64,000 nt of DNA from an uncultured Gammaproteobacteria bacterium (GTDB lineage: Bacteria > Patescibacteriota > Microgenomatia > UBA8517). This document shows, piece by piece, positions 37,903-47,382 of the stretch. The notes beneath the pieces are model-generated. The model made no database searches and was not told where the DNA came from. It saw only the letters and a program-made list of their open reading frames with translations. The stretch is from NCBI GenBank assembly GCA_964429215.1, contig CAYSAY010000001.1:118127-182126 (forward strand), written 5' to 3'. Position numbers and translations under genes: made by a program. Position 1 is the stretch's first letter. Each line of letters begins with the position of its first letter.

Positions 37903-38708
37903 TGAAAGTAGTAATTGTATTGGTAATTATAGTTATAGTGGTTTTGGTTGGAATATGGATTTATGGTTTTAATGAGGCCAATGATTTAAAAGTAGACTCA
38001 AAGAATATTTCAGAATATAAAGATATAAAAAAAGTTTTAATTATTTTTCCCCATCCTGATGATGAGGCAAATTCACTTAGTGGAACTATTACACAATTTG
38101 TAAAATATAAAATACCAGTAGATTGGGTTATCTTAAGTAAAGGTGAAAGAGGAACGAGTGATGCTAGTTTGGATGAAAATTTAAAAGAAGTCCGTTCTAA
38201 GGAAGCAGAAAAAGTTTCTCATATTCTTGGAGTTAACAAATTAGTAGTAAAGGATTATCCTGATAATGGAATTAGTGAATTTAAAGATAAATTATTTAAT
38301 GATCTTAAAAATATAATTTTTGAATCAAATCCTGATTTAATTATTACTTATGACGAATCTGGTGGTTATGGTCATCCTGATCACATTATTGTTTCACAAG
38401 TAGTTACTAATTTAGTTAAAAATGATTTTAAAAATATTTCGCTTTGGTATACATCTACGCCTGAAAAATTGTTTAAAAAGCTTTCTCTTCCTGAGCAAAT
38501 GGCGACTGACGCTAATTTTAAATCTTCTAGAAAATCTCCAAATTTTAAAATATGGGTAGGGTTAGATGGATTGGCTAATAAAATAAAAGCTGTTTATACA
38601 TATCAAAGTCAATTTAATTCATTTGTAAAATCAGTTCCTATAAAACAAATTCCTATGTGGTTTTATGTTTCGTTAACACCATATGAATATTTTTATGAAG
38701 TAGAATGA
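37902..38708 (+). CDS. PIG-L/LmbE-family N-acetylglucosaminyl deacetylase, N-terminal TM
   Basis: LIIFPHPDDE signature and the downstream HPDH. Confidence 0.75.
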   Translation: MKVVIVLVIIVIVVLVGIWIYGFNEANDLKVDSKNISEYKDIKKVLIIFPHPDDEANSLSGTITQFVKYKIPVDWVILSKGERGTSDASLDENLKEVRSKEAEKVSHILGVNKLVVKDYPDNGISEFKDKLFNDLKNIIFESNPDLIITYDESGGYGHPDHIIVSQVVTNLVKNDFKNISLWYTSTPEKLFKKLSLPEQMATDANFKSSRKSPNFKIWVGLDGLANKIKAVYTYQSQFNSFVKSVPIKQIPMWFYVSLTPYEYFYEVE

Positions 38709-38715
38709 TTAAAAT

Positions 38716-39141
38716 ATGAAAATGAAATTTGGACATGTTGCCATAAGAATTAAGGATCTTGATAAAATGCTTGATTTTTATTGTGATAAATTAGGACTAG
38801 ATGAAGCATTTAGAATTAATAATGAGGATGGAACACTTCGAATAGTTTATATTCACATCTCAGATTTCCAGTATTTAGAACTTTGTTTGGGTGGAAATAA
38901 AAGGAATGATTTTGATGATAAAAATGATCAAGGTGTACGACATATTTCATTTACGGTAGATAACATTAATGAAACTAGAAAAGATTTAGAACAAAAGAGA
39001 GTAAAGTTTGAAACTGAAATCTTAAAACTTAGGGATAACAATTTGACAATGTTTTTGTTTGATCCAGAGGGGAACAAAATTGAAATAGTTGAGACACAGA
39101 AAGATTCACCCCATTTTTTATTTGAGAATAGAATAAAATAG
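38716..39141 (+). CDS. VOC/glyoxalase-bleomycin-resistance family protein
   Basis: MKFGHVAIRIKDLDKMLDFYCDKLGL is the typical glyoxalase-fold N-terminus. Confidence 0.65.
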   Translation: MKMKFGHVAIRIKDLDKMLDFYCDKLGLDEAFRINNEDGTLRIVYIHISDFQYLELCLGGNKRNDFDDKNDQGVRHISFTVDNINETRKDLEQKRVKFETEILKLRDNNLTMFLFDPEGNKIEIVETQKDSPHFLFENRIK

Positions 39142-39145
39142 TTGT

Positions 39146-39769
39146 ATGAATATATATTTTGTAAGACATGGTGAAAGTACTGAAAATGCACTCCAGATTT
39201 ATAATTGGATGAATTCTCCATTAACTGATTTGGGAATAAAGCAATCTCAAAAAGTTGCAGAAAGATTTAAAGATATAAAAATAGATGTTATTTATCATAG
39301 TGATATGGTCAGGGCAAAAATGACTGCGAATGAAATCAATAAATTACAAAATGCAGAGTTAATCGAATCACATCTAATTCGAGAACAACTTCCACCATCT
39401 GAGCTTTTAGGTTTAAATGAAAATGACCAAAAATCTAAAGATGTTATGAAATTGTTACAACAGAATGAACACAATCAAGATTATCGTTATTCAGACGAAG
39501 AAAATTTTGAAGATTTTAAAACAAGGGTTTTTAAGTTTTTTAAGGAGCTAGAAAATCTTAATTTAGATAATATTATGGTAATTGGTCACGGGTATGTTTT
39601 AAGGACATTGATTGGATACATACTTTATGGAGATAATTTTAACTCACATGATTTTGTTAACTTAAAGCGAAGTTTAAAAACAATCAATACAGGGGTAACG
39701 GTGTGTGATGTAAACAATAAAAAATGGACTTTGGTAACATGGAATGATTATTCACATCTACTGCAATAG
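39146..39769 (+). CDS. Histidine phosphatase family protein (phosphoglycerate-mutase-like)
   Basis: IYFVRHGES (the RHG catalytic motif). Confidence 0.7.
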   Translation: MNIYFVRHGESTENALQIYNWMNSPLTDLGIKQSQKVAERFKDIKIDVIYHSDMVRAKMTANEINKLQNAELIESHLIREQLPPSELLGLNENDQKSKDVMKLLQQNEHNQDYRYSDEENFEDFKTRVFKFFKELENLNLDNIMVIGHGYVLRTLIGYILYGDNFNSHDFVNLKRSLKTINTGVTVCDVNNKKWTLVTWNDYSHLLQ

Positions 39770-39771
39770 CT

Positions 39772-40335
39772 ATGGTTAAATTTGTATTTTTTGATGTTGG
39801 TGGAGTAGTGATTCAAGATTTTACTGGTAGAAATTATGGTGAGGAATTTGCAAGCAGAATTAAATTAGGTAAATATGGAAATTTATATACTTTTTGGAAT
39901 GAGTTTTTAAAAATTTCAAGTTTTAAATTTCCAAAGTTGTATAAAAAATTTATTGAGTGGAAAGTAAAAAGATTAGGTGAGAACGAATTTATTTGGCCAG
40001 TAATAAATCAGATACATAAAACTTCAAAAGTTGGATTGCTTACAAATATGTATGTGAATCTTTTTGGTGAAATTAAAAATTCTGAATTGTTCAGTGATGT
40101 TAATTGGGACGTGATCGTTGATTCAAGTAAAGTTGGTATTGAAAAACCAAATCCTAGAATTTATAAAATAGCTGAGGAGATGTCAGGATTTAAAGGAGGC
40201 GAAATTCTGTTTATTGATAATACTAATCAAAATATTGATGCGGCAATAAAGTTCGGATGGAATGGATTTTTATATAATCCAAAAAATTGTGAAACATCAA
40301 GTCAGGATTTACTTAATTATTTTGAGTCCTTATGA
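39772..40335 (+). CDS. HAD-superfamily hydrolase
   Basis: N-terminal FFDVGGVV (the DxG/D motif I). Confidence 0.6.
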   Translation: MVKFVFFDVGGVVIQDFTGRNYGEEFASRIKLGKYGNLYTFWNEFLKISSFKFPKLYKKFIEWKVKRLGENEFIWPVINQIHKTSKVGLLTNMYVNLFGEIKNSELFSDVNWDVIVDSSKVGIEKPNPRIYKIAEEMSGFKGGEILFIDNTNQNIDAAIKFGWNGFLYNPKNCETSSQDLLNYFESL

Positions 40336-40343
40336 TAATTTGA

Positions 40344-40382
40344 TAAAAAAATAACCTTGATTTCTCAAAGTTATTTTTTTTA
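40344..40382. terminator. Bidirectional intrinsic terminator between convergent genes
   Basis: A-run, hairpin ATAACCTTGA-tttc-TCAAAGTTAT (9 of 10 bp), then T8 run. Confidence 0.6.
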
Positions 40383-40396
40383 GAATATAATTAATT

Positions 40397-40996
40397 TTAT
40401 TTAATTATTTCTATTTTCGTAAGTGTTACGGAACCATCAGAGTTTTTAAACCCTTTATATTCAGCTTTTTGTCCAACCATAATTGATGTTTGATAATTTA
40501 ATTTAATTATTGTTGAATTGTCGTAATGAGCAACTAAATTATTTATAACCAATTCATTATTTGATGTGTTGTTTATAATTCCCTTGCCTTCTACTTTTAC
40601 TTTTGTAACTGTGTATGATAGTGGTGCTGGATTACAAACGCCACTATTGCATCCATACGCGCATAAGTGAACACTGTTCATAAACGAACCAGTTGTAGTA
40701 TCTACGCAGGAAAATTCAGATACGTGTGTTCCTGTTGTTCCTTCAATCCATGCGACTGTTGTTTCGCCGTTTGTGATTGTTGTTTCAAGGTTTAAGCAAG
40801 AATCGTTTCTGGTTTCTGGTAAAGCTGGCGAACTTATTTCTACTGTTCCAAAAGTGTTTATATTTATTCCACCATCTGAATCAATACATGCTAAGTTTGC
40901 TGCGGAAACTGTTTTTGTGACTGAATTATAACCAAGTAAAACTGATAATGCAAAAATTGCAATAACAGCTATCGTGTTGATTGTTTTAATTTTCAT
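40397..40996 (-). CDS. hypothetical secreted protein (signal peptide)
   Basis: N-terminal KIKTINTIAVIAIFALSVLLG signal. Cys-rich mature region. Confidence 0.5.
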   Translation of the reverse strand: MKIKTINTIAVIAIFALSVLLGYNSVTKTVSAANLACIDSDGGININTFGTVEISSPALPETRNDSCLNLETTITNGETTVAWIEGTTGTHVSEFSCVDTTTGSFMNSVHLCAYGCNSGVCNPAPLSYTVTKVKVEGKGIINNTSNNELVINNLVAHYDNSTIIKLNYQTSIMVGQKAEYKGFKNSDGSVTLTKIEIIK

Positions 40997-41095
40997 ATTT
41001 TTAATTCACCTCCATTCTTTTGAACTGTTTAGATGTTACTAAATTAATTATTAAGAGAGGATTAAGAATTTATATAAATTATTGTAGAATGATTA

Positions 41096-41356
41096 ATGGT
41101 TGCTAAAACTCATAATGCTATTGCCTTTGCCTCACTTGTTACTGTTGCTGCTTTTTATCCTCCTGAATCAGTTAATCTTGCAACATTTATTGCAGTCATA
41201 ATAGGGAATAATATTGGAGGTTTAATTCCTGATATGGATACCTCTGGTAATTATCTTTGGGGTTTGCTTCCTCAAGGACAAGTTTTGGGAAAGTTTTTGA
41301 GAAAAATTTTTTATATCAGGATTCAAAAATGCTATTTGATTTATCAAATTGCCTGA
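41096..41356 (+). CDS. orphan small ORF (possible gene remnant)
   Basis: 86-aa hydrophobic ORF in an otherwise 580-bp non-coding gap. Low confidence. Confidence 0.15.
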   Translation: MVAKTHNAIAFASLVTVAAFYPPESVNLATFIAVIIGNNIGGLIPDMDTSGNYLWGLLPQGQVLGKFLRKIFYIRIQKCYLIYQIA

Positions 41357-41578
41357 ATTGAACCCTGATATGTCATTTTCGAAGAAAATGCCATAAACAT
41401 AGAACAATTTGTTAGATTAATTTTGGTATTCCACCGATTAGAAAATTAAGAATTAAAACAGGGAGGTGGTTTGAAAATATAATTGTTTTTCCTGGTGTTT
41501 GGATATATTTATTCTGGTTTGTTCATACAAATCAACAAGTATTTTTACAAATTCTAAAGAATATAAAGTAAATACTAC

Positions 41579-42166
41579 GTGTTAATTAAATTTTGTGGTA
41601 CTATGGTAGACATGCAAGAAGATAATTTGTCATCAGGAAAATTTAACGCTTTGAGTTTTTTGGGTTACCTTGCGCTTATAGGTATTGCTACGCTTTCGAT
41701 TATTTTTGTTTTAAATTATACTGGTAAGGGAACTAATGATCCTAATACAGCACCAACTTCAAAAGAAGTAGTTGCAGAACCAACCCCAATAGTGGAAAAT
41801 AGTCCTAAGGCAAAAAAAAGTATGGAAAATAATGTAACGGAATTAAAAATTGAAGATACAAAGGTCGGAACTGGAGCAGAAGCCGTAGCAGGTAAACTTA
41901 TAACAGTTAATTACACGGGAACATTGACTGATGGTACAAAATTTGATTCATCATTAAATCCCGGAAGAACTCCATTCGAATTTACTTTGGGAGCAGGAGA
42001 AGTAATTCAAGGATGGGATCAAGGATTTGCTGGTATGAAGGTTGGGGGGAAAAGAAAATTAACAATTCCATCTTCTCTTGGATATGGTGAAGCTGGTACT
42101 CCTGGTGGACCAATTCCTCCAAATGCCACACTTATTTTTGAAGTCGAACTTCTTGGTGTTAAGTAA
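41579..42166 (+). CDS. FKBP-type peptidyl-prolyl cis-trans isomerase, membrane-anchored
   Basis: C-terminal FKBP domain: [16 protein letters not shown]...[26 protein letters not shown]. The start is uncertain, as an internal promoter-like TGgTACTAT lies near 41596. Confidence 0.8.
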   Translation: MLIKFCGTMVDMQEDNLSSGKFNALSFLGYLALIGIATLSIIFVLNYTGKGTNDPNTAPTSKEVVAEPTPIVENSPKAKKSMENNVTELKIEDTKVGTGAEAVAGKLITVNYTGTLTDGTKFDSSLNPGRTPFEFTLGAGEVIQGWDQGFAGMKVGGKRKLTIPSSLGYGEAGTPGGPIPPNATLIFEVELLGVK

Positions 42167-42191
42167 TATTAGAGTGTGCTATTATTAGTAT

Positions 42192-42890
42192 ATGCCTAAG
42201 GATATAAAAGACGAGCCAAAGAAAAAAATGGTTGTAGTTGAGGAAGTTGAAGTTGATGAACCAAAAGTTAAGTCTCATGAAATTGAAGAAAGTGAAGAAG
42301 TAAAAGAAGAAAAAGATGTTAAGGAAGTAACTCAACCTGAAGAAACCAAAAAGGAAGATGAAACCCCTGTTCAGTATATTTCAGAAAATAATGATGAATA
42401 TGAAGATAAGCCAAATTATTTATGGATTATTATTCCAACTGCATTATTAGTCGGAGCTTTGGTTGGTGGGTTGATCACTTATTTTTCTGGATTATCAAAA
42501 TTAACAACTCCAGTTGCAACCGCAACACCTGTTGAAACTTCTGCTCCTGTTGCTACTGCAACACCTGTGGCATCACAACCAAAAACTGATGTTAAGAGAG
42601 ATACAATAAAGCTTCAGGTTTTAAATGGTAGTGGAACAGCAGGTTTTGCTGGAAAAGCAAAAACATATCTTGAAGGATTAGGCTATGTTGATGTTGTGGC
42701 AGGGAACGCACCAACATCTGATTTTGAAGATACTGTAATTGCAGTCAAAGAATCTAAAAAAGATTTACTTGATATAGTTAAAGCTGATCTTTCTAAAAAT
42801 TATCAGGTTAATAACGAGACTGAGGTTTTGGCTGCCTCTTCAAAATATGATTTTGTTATAACCTTAGGTAAGCCAAGCTTGGCTAGATAG
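42192..42890 (+). CDS. LytR_C-domain (LytR/CpsA/Psr C-terminal) protein, membrane-anchored
   Basis: Acidic N-terminus, TM, PVATATPV repeats, then IKLQVLNGSGTAGFAGKAKTYLEGLGY (LytR_C signature). Confidence 0.6.
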   Translation: MPKDIKDEPKKKMVVVEEVEVDEPKVKSHEIEESEEVKEEKDVKEVTQPEETKKEDETPVQYISENNDEYEDKPNYLWIIIPTALLVGALVGGLITYFSGLSKLTTPVATATPVETSAPVATATPVASQPKTDVKRDTIKLQVLNGSGTAGFAGKAKTYLEGLGYVDVVAGNAPTSDFEDTVIAVKESKKDLLDIVKADLSKNYQVNNETEVLAASSKYDFVITLGKPSLAR

Positions 42891-42898
42891 CTAAAGAA

Positions 42899-43939
42899 AT
42901 GAAATTTCCCCCTTTCCCAGTTTTTTTTCCTGATGCAACTCGAGGTTTGATTAAATCTTTGGATACAGAAGATATCGAGAACACTAAAACTAATGGGATA
43001 CTTGTAAATACTTATCACTTATTTAAAGATCTAGGACTTGAATATTTAGCTGCTCGTGGTGGTATCAAAAAATTTATGAATTGGGATGGTTTTGTAATTT
43101 CTGATTCTGGTGGATTTCAAGTAGGAAGTCTAATTAAAATGAATCCAACAGAAGGGTTTGTAAATGACAGTGGCGCAACATTTAAACCAGTTGGGGAAAA
43201 AGTTGTTAAGTTAACTCCAGAAAAATCTATTGAATTTCAAATGGGATTAGGTGTCGATATGATTGTCGCACTTGATGATTTTACTGATCCGAAAGCAACA
43301 TATGATGAAGCAAAGCAATCAGTTGAAAGGACAATTCTTTGGGCAAAGAGAAGTAAAGAAGAGTATGAAAAACATTGTAAGGTTAAGAAACTTACAGATG
43401 TAGATCGACCATTAATTTTAGGTGTTGTACAAGGTGGATACTTTCAGGACTTGAGAAAATATTGTGCTGAAGAACTTATAAAAATTGGTTTTGACGGATT
43501 TGGCTATGGTGGTTGGCCAATGACTGAAGAAGGAGTGTTTGATTTAGAATCAGCAAAAACAATTGCGGAAAATACTCCACAAGGCTACCTTCTTTATGGT
43601 TTAGGTATAGGAAAACCGGAAGATATTATTGCACTATTTAAGCTTGGATATAATATTTTTGATTGTGTGCTCCCGACAAGAGATGCAAGACATGGTAGGG
43701 CATATGTTTATACAGGTGATGATTTTCAGTATGAATACGTAGATTTAACAAAAGGTAAAATGCTTCAGGACGATAGTTCACTTAGTGCTTTTTGCGATTG
43801 TTTAACTTGTAGAAGATATACCAGAAGCTATCTTTCTCATTTGTTTAAGACTGGAGACTCTATTGCAGGAAGATTATTGACAATACATAACCTTCGTTTT
43901 TATTCAATGCTTACGGAAAAACTTCGTACAAGGGGTTAA
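42899..43939 (+). CDS. tgt: Queuine tRNA-ribosyltransferase
   Basis: DSGGFQ and LDDF motifs, and the zinc site CDCLTCRRYTRSYLSHL. Confidence 0.9.
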   Translation: MKFPPFPVFFPDATRGLIKSLDTEDIENTKTNGILVNTYHLFKDLGLEYLAARGGIKKFMNWDGFVISDSGGFQVGSLIKMNPTEGFVNDSGATFKPVGEKVVKLTPEKSIEFQMGLGVDMIVALDDFTDPKATYDEAKQSVERTILWAKRSKEEYEKHCKVKKLTDVDRPLILGVVQGGYFQDLRKYCAEELIKIGFDGFGYGGWPMTEEGVFDLESAKTIAENTPQGYLLYGLGIGKPEDIIALFKLGYNIFDCVLPTRDARHGRAYVYTGDDFQYEYVDLTKGKMLQDDSSLSAFCDCLTCRRYTRSYLSHLFKTGDSIAGRLLTIHNLRFYSMLTEKLRTRG

Positions 43940-43956
43940 ATCCAATTAAGTCGGGG

Positions 43957-44640
43957 TTGACAAACACCTATAACTTTAGGTATACTCGGCCGACGACAAT
44001 GGAAGATCAAATAACACAAAATGAAGTAGCACAACAGGGTCCACCTCAGGCCTCAAGCTATTCACCACAACCAAAACAAAAATCTTCAAGTTCAAAATGG
44101 TTACTTATTTTTGTAGGACTTTTAATTTTAGGTGGAGCTGGAATATTTTTTTTCACCAAGTCTGGAAGTACACCAATTCCAACACCTACACCTACTTTTA
44201 AAGTTGAACCAATTCAAACACCTACTGTAACTACAACACCTACATCTTCACCAGTTGCGGTTAAAAAAGAAGAAATAACAATTGAAATTCAAAATGGTAC
44301 AGGAATTACAGGGGAAGCAAAATTATTACAAGATAAATTGAAGGCATTGGGATATTCTGATATTAGTGTTGGAAATGCAAGTTCAACAGACAATACTGAT
44401 ACAACAGTTACATTTTTAAAGACTTTATCAACAACCGTTCAAGATGAAATTAAAAAAGAGTTAGAAAAAATGTACAAAACTGTAACTGTAAAAACTTCTA
44501 CAACTCAGAAATCTGATATTTTAGTTCTTACGGGATTAAGAAGTGGGTCAACATCAACAAGTACTACAAAAGCATCAGCAACAGCTACTGCTAAATCTAC
44601 AAGTTCAGCTTCTCCATCTGCTACACCTAAAGCACAGTAA
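43957..44640 (+). CDS. LytR_C-domain protein, membrane-anchored (paralog of 42192..42890)
   Basis: TM, PT-rich linker, then ITIEIQNGTGITGEAKLLQDKLKALGY. Confidence 0.6.
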   Translation: MTNTYNFRYTRPTTMEDQITQNEVAQQGPPQASSYSPQPKQKSSSSKWLLIFVGLLILGGAGIFFFTKSGSTPIPTPTPTFKVEPIQTPTVTTTPTSSPVAVKKEEITIEIQNGTGITGEAKLLQDKLKALGYSDISVGNASSTDNTDTTVTFLKTLSTTVQDEIKKELEKMYKTVTVKTSTTQKSDILVLTGLRSGSTSTSTTKASATATAKSTSSASPSATPKAQ

Positions 44641-44676
44641 TTCCTTGATTTATTCAAACTAGTATATAATTAGTGT

Positions 44677-45111
44677 ATGGAATTTTTAAGTGGTTTGGTC
44701 GAAAAAATAACCGCCTTTTTTTTAAGTTTTACTGTTGCTCCTACTTATATCCAGGCTGGAGCAATTGTTTTATTGATTTTCCTACTTATTTTAAGTTTAG
44801 CTCAGTTTAGACAGCATTTTGTCAAATGGTCATTTAAGGGAGGGTTGGTTGGATTATTCTTTGGGATATTATTAACCTTAATAATAGAAGGGTTTTTCCT
44901 TGTAAATGGACATACTGCTTTAACTACTGTTTTAGGTTGGAAAAGTGCGCCTAAACCAATAAGCACAGCTCTTGATATAGGAAAAGGTAAGCTTACGAAT
45001 GTTTTAGGAGATGGAACTGAAAATGCAACGTCGAAAGATGCAATAAACTTGATTCAAAGTCTAAATCCTGGTGAAATAGCCAAAATAAAGACTATAATAT
45101 GCACTCCGTAA
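44677..45111 (+). CDS. hypothetical membrane protein
   Basis: Three predicted TM helices. No recognised family. Confidence 0.4.
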   Translation: MEFLSGLVEKITAFFLSFTVAPTYIQAGAIVLLIFLLILSLAQFRQHFVKWSFKGGLVGLFFGILLTLIIEGFFLVNGHTALTTVLGWKSAPKPISTALDIGKGKLTNVLGDGTENATSKDAINLIQSLNPGEIAKIKTIICTP

Positions 45112-45127
45112 TACAGAATGCAAAAAT

Positions 45128-46183
45128 ATGAATAATGACCCAATAAATATCGAGGATTTAAATCAAAAATTAGCAAAGCTTAAAGAAGTTTTAGATATTT
45201 CTAAAAAAGAAGAAGAATTAAAACAACTTGAAAGTCAGTCTCTTGATCCAAAACTTTGGGATGACCAGAATAATGCAAAATCAGTACTCCAAAATCTATC
45301 AAATTTAAAAGATGAGTTAGACGAAATTAAAGATGTTTCAGAGACTCTAGAAATTTTAAATGAAGTACAAGATGAGGAAGAACTTAAAAAACTTTCAAAA
45401 TCAATTGCAAAACTTGAGCTTAAATCTTATCTGTCTGGGACTTATGATAATAAAAATACGATTGTAACAATTCATGCAGGGCAAGGTGGAACTGAAGCAA
45501 TGGACTGGACTTCTATGTTGTTCCGTATGTATATCAGGTATTGTGAGAGAAAAGGATTTGTCACAGAAACTATTGATTCTACACAGGGAGAAGAGGCTGG
45601 TTTAAAGAGTGTCACCTTTGAAATAAAAGGAAGATATGCTTATGGGTATATTAAAGGAGAAGCAGGTACACATAGATTAGTTCGTCAATCCCCTTTTAAT
45701 GCTAATGATTTAAGACAAACTTCTTTTGCATTGGTCGAGGTTCTGCCAGATTTAGAAGCTTCTGATCTTCCTGATATTCAGATTAAAGATGAGGAACTTG
45801 ATTGGCAGTTTACAAGAGCTGGTGGTCATGGAGGTCAGAATGTTAATAAAGTATCAACTGCAGTTAGGCTTACACATTTACCTACTGGGATAGTAATTAA
45901 TGCAAGAACGGAAAGATTTCAGGAACAAAATAGAAAAATTGCATTAGGCTTACTTCGTGCAAAATTGTGGATTAGACAACAAGAGATGGAAAAGAATCAG
46001 CTTAAAGATATTAAGGGAGATTATAAACCAGCAAGCTGGGGTAACCAGATACGTTCTTACGTCCTTCATCCGTATAAGATGGTCAAGGACCTTAGAACTG
46101 AGGTAGAATCAGGAAATCCTGATAGTGTTTTGGATGGAGAATTGGATGAATTTATAGAGGCGGAATTGAAATTAAAATTATAA
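45128..46183 (+). CDS. prfB: Peptide chain release factor 2
   Basis: SPF tripeptide (RQSPF) and GGQ (GGHGGQNVNKV). Single uninterrupted ORF with no programmed frameshift. Confidence 0.9.
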   Translation: MNNDPINIEDLNQKLAKLKEVLDISKKEEELKQLESQSLDPKLWDDQNNAKSVLQNLSNLKDELDEIKDVSETLEILNEVQDEEELKKLSKSIAKLELKSYLSGTYDNKNTIVTIHAGQGGTEAMDWTSMLFRMYIRYCERKGFVTETIDSTQGEEAGLKSVTFEIKGRYAYGYIKGEAGTHRLVRQSPFNANDLRQTSFALVEVLPDLEASDLPDIQIKDEELDWQFTRAGGHGGQNVNKVSTAVRLTHLPTGIVINARTERFQEQNRKIALGLLRAKLWIRQQEMEKNQLKDIKGDYKPASWGNQIRSYVLHPYKMVKDLRTEVESGNPDSVLDGELDEFIEAELKLKL

Positions 46184-46240
46184 AGTCTTCAGGTTAATCT
46201 CTCTCTTGTTTGAAAGTACATATTATGGTAATTTTAATAC

Positions 46241-46732
46241 ATGAAATCCAACGATACCGTTATGGAAAATGTACTAAATCCACAAACTCCAACAGTTGTT
46301 CGTAAATTTGGAAATTCTAGTCCTTCACTTATGAAAAATAATCTAATATTAGGGGTAGTTTCAGTAGTTGTAGTGTTGGCTGGTGTAGCCTTAGGATATG
46401 TACTTTCAGGTGTAGGAAAGAAGACAACTGGAGTTACTGGTACTAATACAAATAACGTTGTGGCTACTCAAAATGAAGCTGGAATTGAAGATGAATCAAA
46501 GTTTTCTACAACTGCAGATGGTGTTCTTGAAGAAGGCGGAATTGGTGGAGAAGGAACTTATCACTTAGTAAGAGGTTCAGGACCTTCACAATATGCTTAT
46601 TTGACTTCAAGTGTAGTAGATTTAAGTGTCTTTGTAGGTAAAAAAGTTGAAGTTTGGGGAGATACAATGTCAGGAAAGAAAGCTGGATGGTTGATTGATG
46701 TTGGTAAAATTAAGGTTGTGGAGGGCGAATGA
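46241..46732 (+). CDS. hypothetical membrane-anchored protein
   Basis: ORF with an N-terminal TM. First gene of the ftsEX cluster. ATGA overlap with ftsE. Confidence 0.4.
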   Translation: MKSNDTVMENVLNPQTPTVVRKFGNSSPSLMKNNLILGVVSVVVVLAGVALGYVLSGVGKKTTGVTGTNTNNVVATQNEAGIEDESKFSTTADGVLEEGGIGGEGTYHLVRGSGPSQYAYLTSSVVDLSVFVGKKVEVWGDTMSGKKAGWLIDVGKIKVVEGE

Positions 46733-47382
46733 TTGCATTTGAAAATGTCACAAAAAACTTCGGATCTATCAATGCACTTGATAAAGTAACGTTTACAATT
46801 GAATCTGGTGAATTTGTCTTTTTGACTGGTCCCTCCGGCGCTGGTAAGACTACTATTTTAAAAATGATCCTTCGTGAGACACTTCCTGATACTGGTAGAG
46901 TACTTTTTGATAAAAATGACATTTCAGAAATAAAAAATAAAGATGTTCCTTATTTAAGGCAACAAATGGGGATTGTTTTTCAAGACTTTAAAGTACTTCC
47001 AGAAAGAACTGTTAAGGAAAATGTTGAAGTTGCCTTGGCAGTCGCTGATGTACCTGAAGAAGAATGGGGAAAGCGCGTAGGACATGTACTAAAACTAGTT
47101 GGCCTAAGTAGCCGTTCAAACCTTTTTCCATCACAACTTTCAGGAGGGGAACTTCAAAGAGTATCTCTTGCACGAGCATTGGTAATTAATCCCAAATTAA
47201 TTCTTGCAGATGAACCAACTGGTAATTTGGATTGGAAAACAGCTGAGGGAATAATGGAATTGTTTGAAAAAATAAATAAGGAAGGAAAAACAATAATTAT
47301 GGCTACTCATCATGAGGGAATAATTAAACATGGAAAGCATAGAGTGATAGAATTAATAGACGGAAAGGTTACAAAACAATGA
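46729..47382 (+). CDS. ftsE: Cell-division ABC ATPase FtsE
   Basis: Walker A GPSGAGKTT, LSGGELQRV, and Walker B LILADEPTGNLD. Confidence 0.9.
   Translation: MIAFENVTKNFGSINALDKVTFTIESGEFVFLTGPSGAGKTTILKMILRETLPDTGRVLFDKNDISEIKNKDVPYLRQQMGIVFQDFKVLPERTVKENVEVALAVADVPEEEWGKRVGHVLKLVGLSSRSNLFPSQLSGGELQRVSLARALVINPKLILADEPTGNLDWKTAEGIMELFEKINKEGKTIIMATHHEGIIKHGKHRVIELIDGKVTKQ

Noticed and set aside
45128-46183. Programmed +1 frameshift in prfB
   Set aside because: RF2 is encoded as one uninterrupted ORF from its ATG. No in-frame early stop or CUU-UGA shifty site is present near codon 25.
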